Shown here in pieces: positions 53,427 through 54,658 of a stretch of 54,658 bases of DNA. The notes beneath the pieces were generated by a model. The model saw only the letters and a list, made by a program, of their open reading frames with translations. It was not told where the DNA came from and searched no databases. Position 1 is the stretch's first letter. Every line of letters begins with the position of its first letter. Made by a program: the position numbers and the translations under genes. Source of the stretch: Clostridia bacterium (lineage in GTDB: Bacteria > Bacillota > Clostridia > Oscillospirales > Acutalibacteraceae); NCBI GenBank assembly GCA_017623315.1, contig JAGAPJ010000012.1, positions 1 through 54,658 of the forward strand, given 5' to 3'.

Positions 53427-54494
53427 TTATAGTCCAAACTGCGCTTTTACTGCTTGTAGTTTTTCGGAATGCTTCGGATTACGCAAGTCTCTATCAACCC
53501 AATGCGGATAATAATGTGACCAGTATGGATTGTTTGATCCTTCAACTACGCATTGTTGCAAAACATCTAAGGTGAAATTTAGATTGAAGGAAACTCCATT
53601 ATTTACGAAACCTCCATATATCGCTGTTCCGTTATCAATTATACGAAAGTTCTTTCCACATTGATAGCAAACTGCTTTTTCACCAAAATGGATGCTGTTG
53701 CCATACATAATTGGGTAATCTTCATCGTCCGTAATTGGTATATTTCCTATAATTTCGTACTCGCCGTAATACAGTGAATTATCTGCAATGATTGTTGACG
53801 GCAGGGAGCAGAGTGTCTTTAGTTCGTCAACAGAAACATCAGGTTGTTCTGTCACAATATGGTACACACTGCAAACCAAGGGCTTACTCATAAGAATATC
53901 CCAAAAGGGTTCTTTCCCTTTTCGCATCTTATCGTAATCAAGAAGGATTCTGCCATATCCATATAATCTGCGACCAATCTTGAACCGAAACACATCACCT
54001 TCCCGGTAACGAATATGGAGTCGTTTCTGTTGGGAAAAATGGAAAACATCTTCACGATCAGCATCAGATGTTTCAGCACACCAGTCTTCGACCCAACGAG
54101 AAAAACCTGATAAATCTCTGAATTCATCCTGTAGATAACTGTTTGAGTAATAATCGCCCCGATCACCCCAAAGTCTTATGCAGTTACCTTTATAGGATAA
54201 AACCATTCCGATACTTTTGCGCTTTAATATGTTGGAAGATGACAATAGAACAGGTTTACCTTTCGCCGTTTTAGGCATCAAGTATTTTTTATCTGGACTA
54301 ACAGTTTCAGCTAACTCATATTCACAGTATTGTGCATAGCCGCATAAAATGCACTTTACAATCGTGACACCATCAAGATAAATATATGTTTTGAATTGAT
54401 CATACGGACTAGGTTTTACCTCAATGCGTTCCCACTGATCGCTAACAGGTACAAGCGCAAAGCATTTTCTTTGTTCATTTGTTAATTCAAACAT
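53427..54494 (-). CDS. Two-domain protein with an Imm26-like (polymorphic-toxin immunity) C-terminal half
   Basis: 355 aa. REGDVFRFKIGRRLYGYGRILLD resembles the Imm26 GD(I/V)F..P...G.YG.G.VL motif. Confidence 0.55.
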   Translation of the reverse strand: MFELTNEQRKCFALVPVSDQWERIEVKPSPYDQFKTYIYLDGVTIVKCILCGYAQYCEYELAETVSPDKKYLMPKTAKGKPVLLSSSNILKRKSIGMVLSYKGNCIRLWGDRGDYYSNSYLQDEFRDLSGFSRWVEDWCAETSDADREDVFHFSQQKRLHIRYREGDVFRFKIGRRLYGYGRILLDYDKMRKGKEPFWDILMSKPLVCSVYHIVTEQPDVSVDELKTLCSLPSTIIADNSLYYGEYEIIGNIPITDDEDYPIMYGNSIHFGEKAVCYQCGKNFRIIDNGTAIYGGFVNNGVSFNLNFTLDVLQQCVVEGSNNPYWSHYYPHWVDRDLRNPKHSEKLQAVKAQFGL

Positions 54495-54516
54495 ATCATT
54501 TCACCACCTTAGATTC

Positions 54517-54545
54517 ATTATACCATAAAACACAATATCTTTCAA
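54517..54545 (-). promoter_or_regulatory. Near-consensus promoter of the Imm26-like gene
   Basis: On the minus strand: TTGAAA (54540-54545), 17-nt spacer, TGgTATAAT with TATAAT at 54517-54522. RBS aaggtggtga. Confidence 0.75.
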
Positions 54546-54629
54546 CGATTACAACCTGTAATTTAACGATTTCCCTTATAAATCAACGATTATGGTTACA
54601 ATTTAACGATTACTTGTCTTTTAACGATT
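54544..54629. repeat. Five TYAACGATT direct repeats at 18-21-nt phasing (iteron-like)
   Basis: The aacgatt core occurs at 54544, 54565, 54585, 54605 and 54623. It is followed by hairpin atatcgc-ttgc-gcgatat (54639-54656) at the window edge. Confidence 0.8.
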
Positions 54630-54658
54630 TGAAATGATATATCGCTTGCGCGATATGA

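Noticed and set aside
1-54658. I looked for CRISPR arrays, tRNA/rRNA genes, integrases, transposases and prophage structural genes.
   Set aside because: I found no regularly spaced 25-40-nt repeats with unique spacers, no cloverleaf-like or rRNA-like segments, and no recombinase or transposase-like ORF in either strand of the track. The only mobile-element-like signals are the non-coding repeats reported above.

Overview
54.7-kb chromosomal segment from a low/mid-GC Firmicute. Gene content is Clostridia-like, with near-consensus sigma-A promoters and many rho-independent terminators. The exact taxon cannot be determined by eye. There are about 55 protein genes, mostly housekeeping: secD-secF, a PLP aminotransferase, a ParB/Noc-like gene, rsmG, trmB, apgM-type phosphoglycerate mutase, U32 peptidase, choloylglycine hydrolase, TetR plus a TAXI-TRAP transporter, feoA-feoB plus a Cys-rich peptide, fba, a TepA/ClpP-like gene, ftsK, a ComEC-type MBL hydrolase, tex, an EamA transporter, glpP plus a three-gene glycerol-3-phosphate oxidoreductase cluster, a HAD phosphatase, an M24 peptidase, an alanine:cation symporter, cysteine desulfurase-thiI, a CinA C-domain gene, sortase B, a 987-aa fused ABC/FtsX protein, trxA-trxB-rubredoxin and a ZIP transporter. 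I saw no rRNA, tRNA or CRISPR array. Seven things go beyond ordinary annotation. (1) A family of 215-300-nt GC-rich nested-palindromic intergenic elements: four copies plus one solo end, with compensatory stem changes between copies and ends that abut terminator T-tracts. (2) An orphan CARF + PD-(D/E)xK-like (Card1/Can2-like) gene in a housekeeping operon, with no CRISPR-Cas or cyclase in the window. (3) Two small HTH/RHH switch-like modules with phased operator repeats; one carries a paralogue interrupted by an in-frame TGA. (4) An AT-rich terminal island with two immunity-protein-like genes flanked by two arrays of roughly 20-bp-phased direct repeats. (5) A 13-bp perfect inverted repeat built from DnaA-box-like 9-mers. 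(6) Conserved palindromes in front of both feoA and feoB. (7) A split, order-permuted CinA. All functional calls come from reading the translations and motifs by eye. No database search was run.
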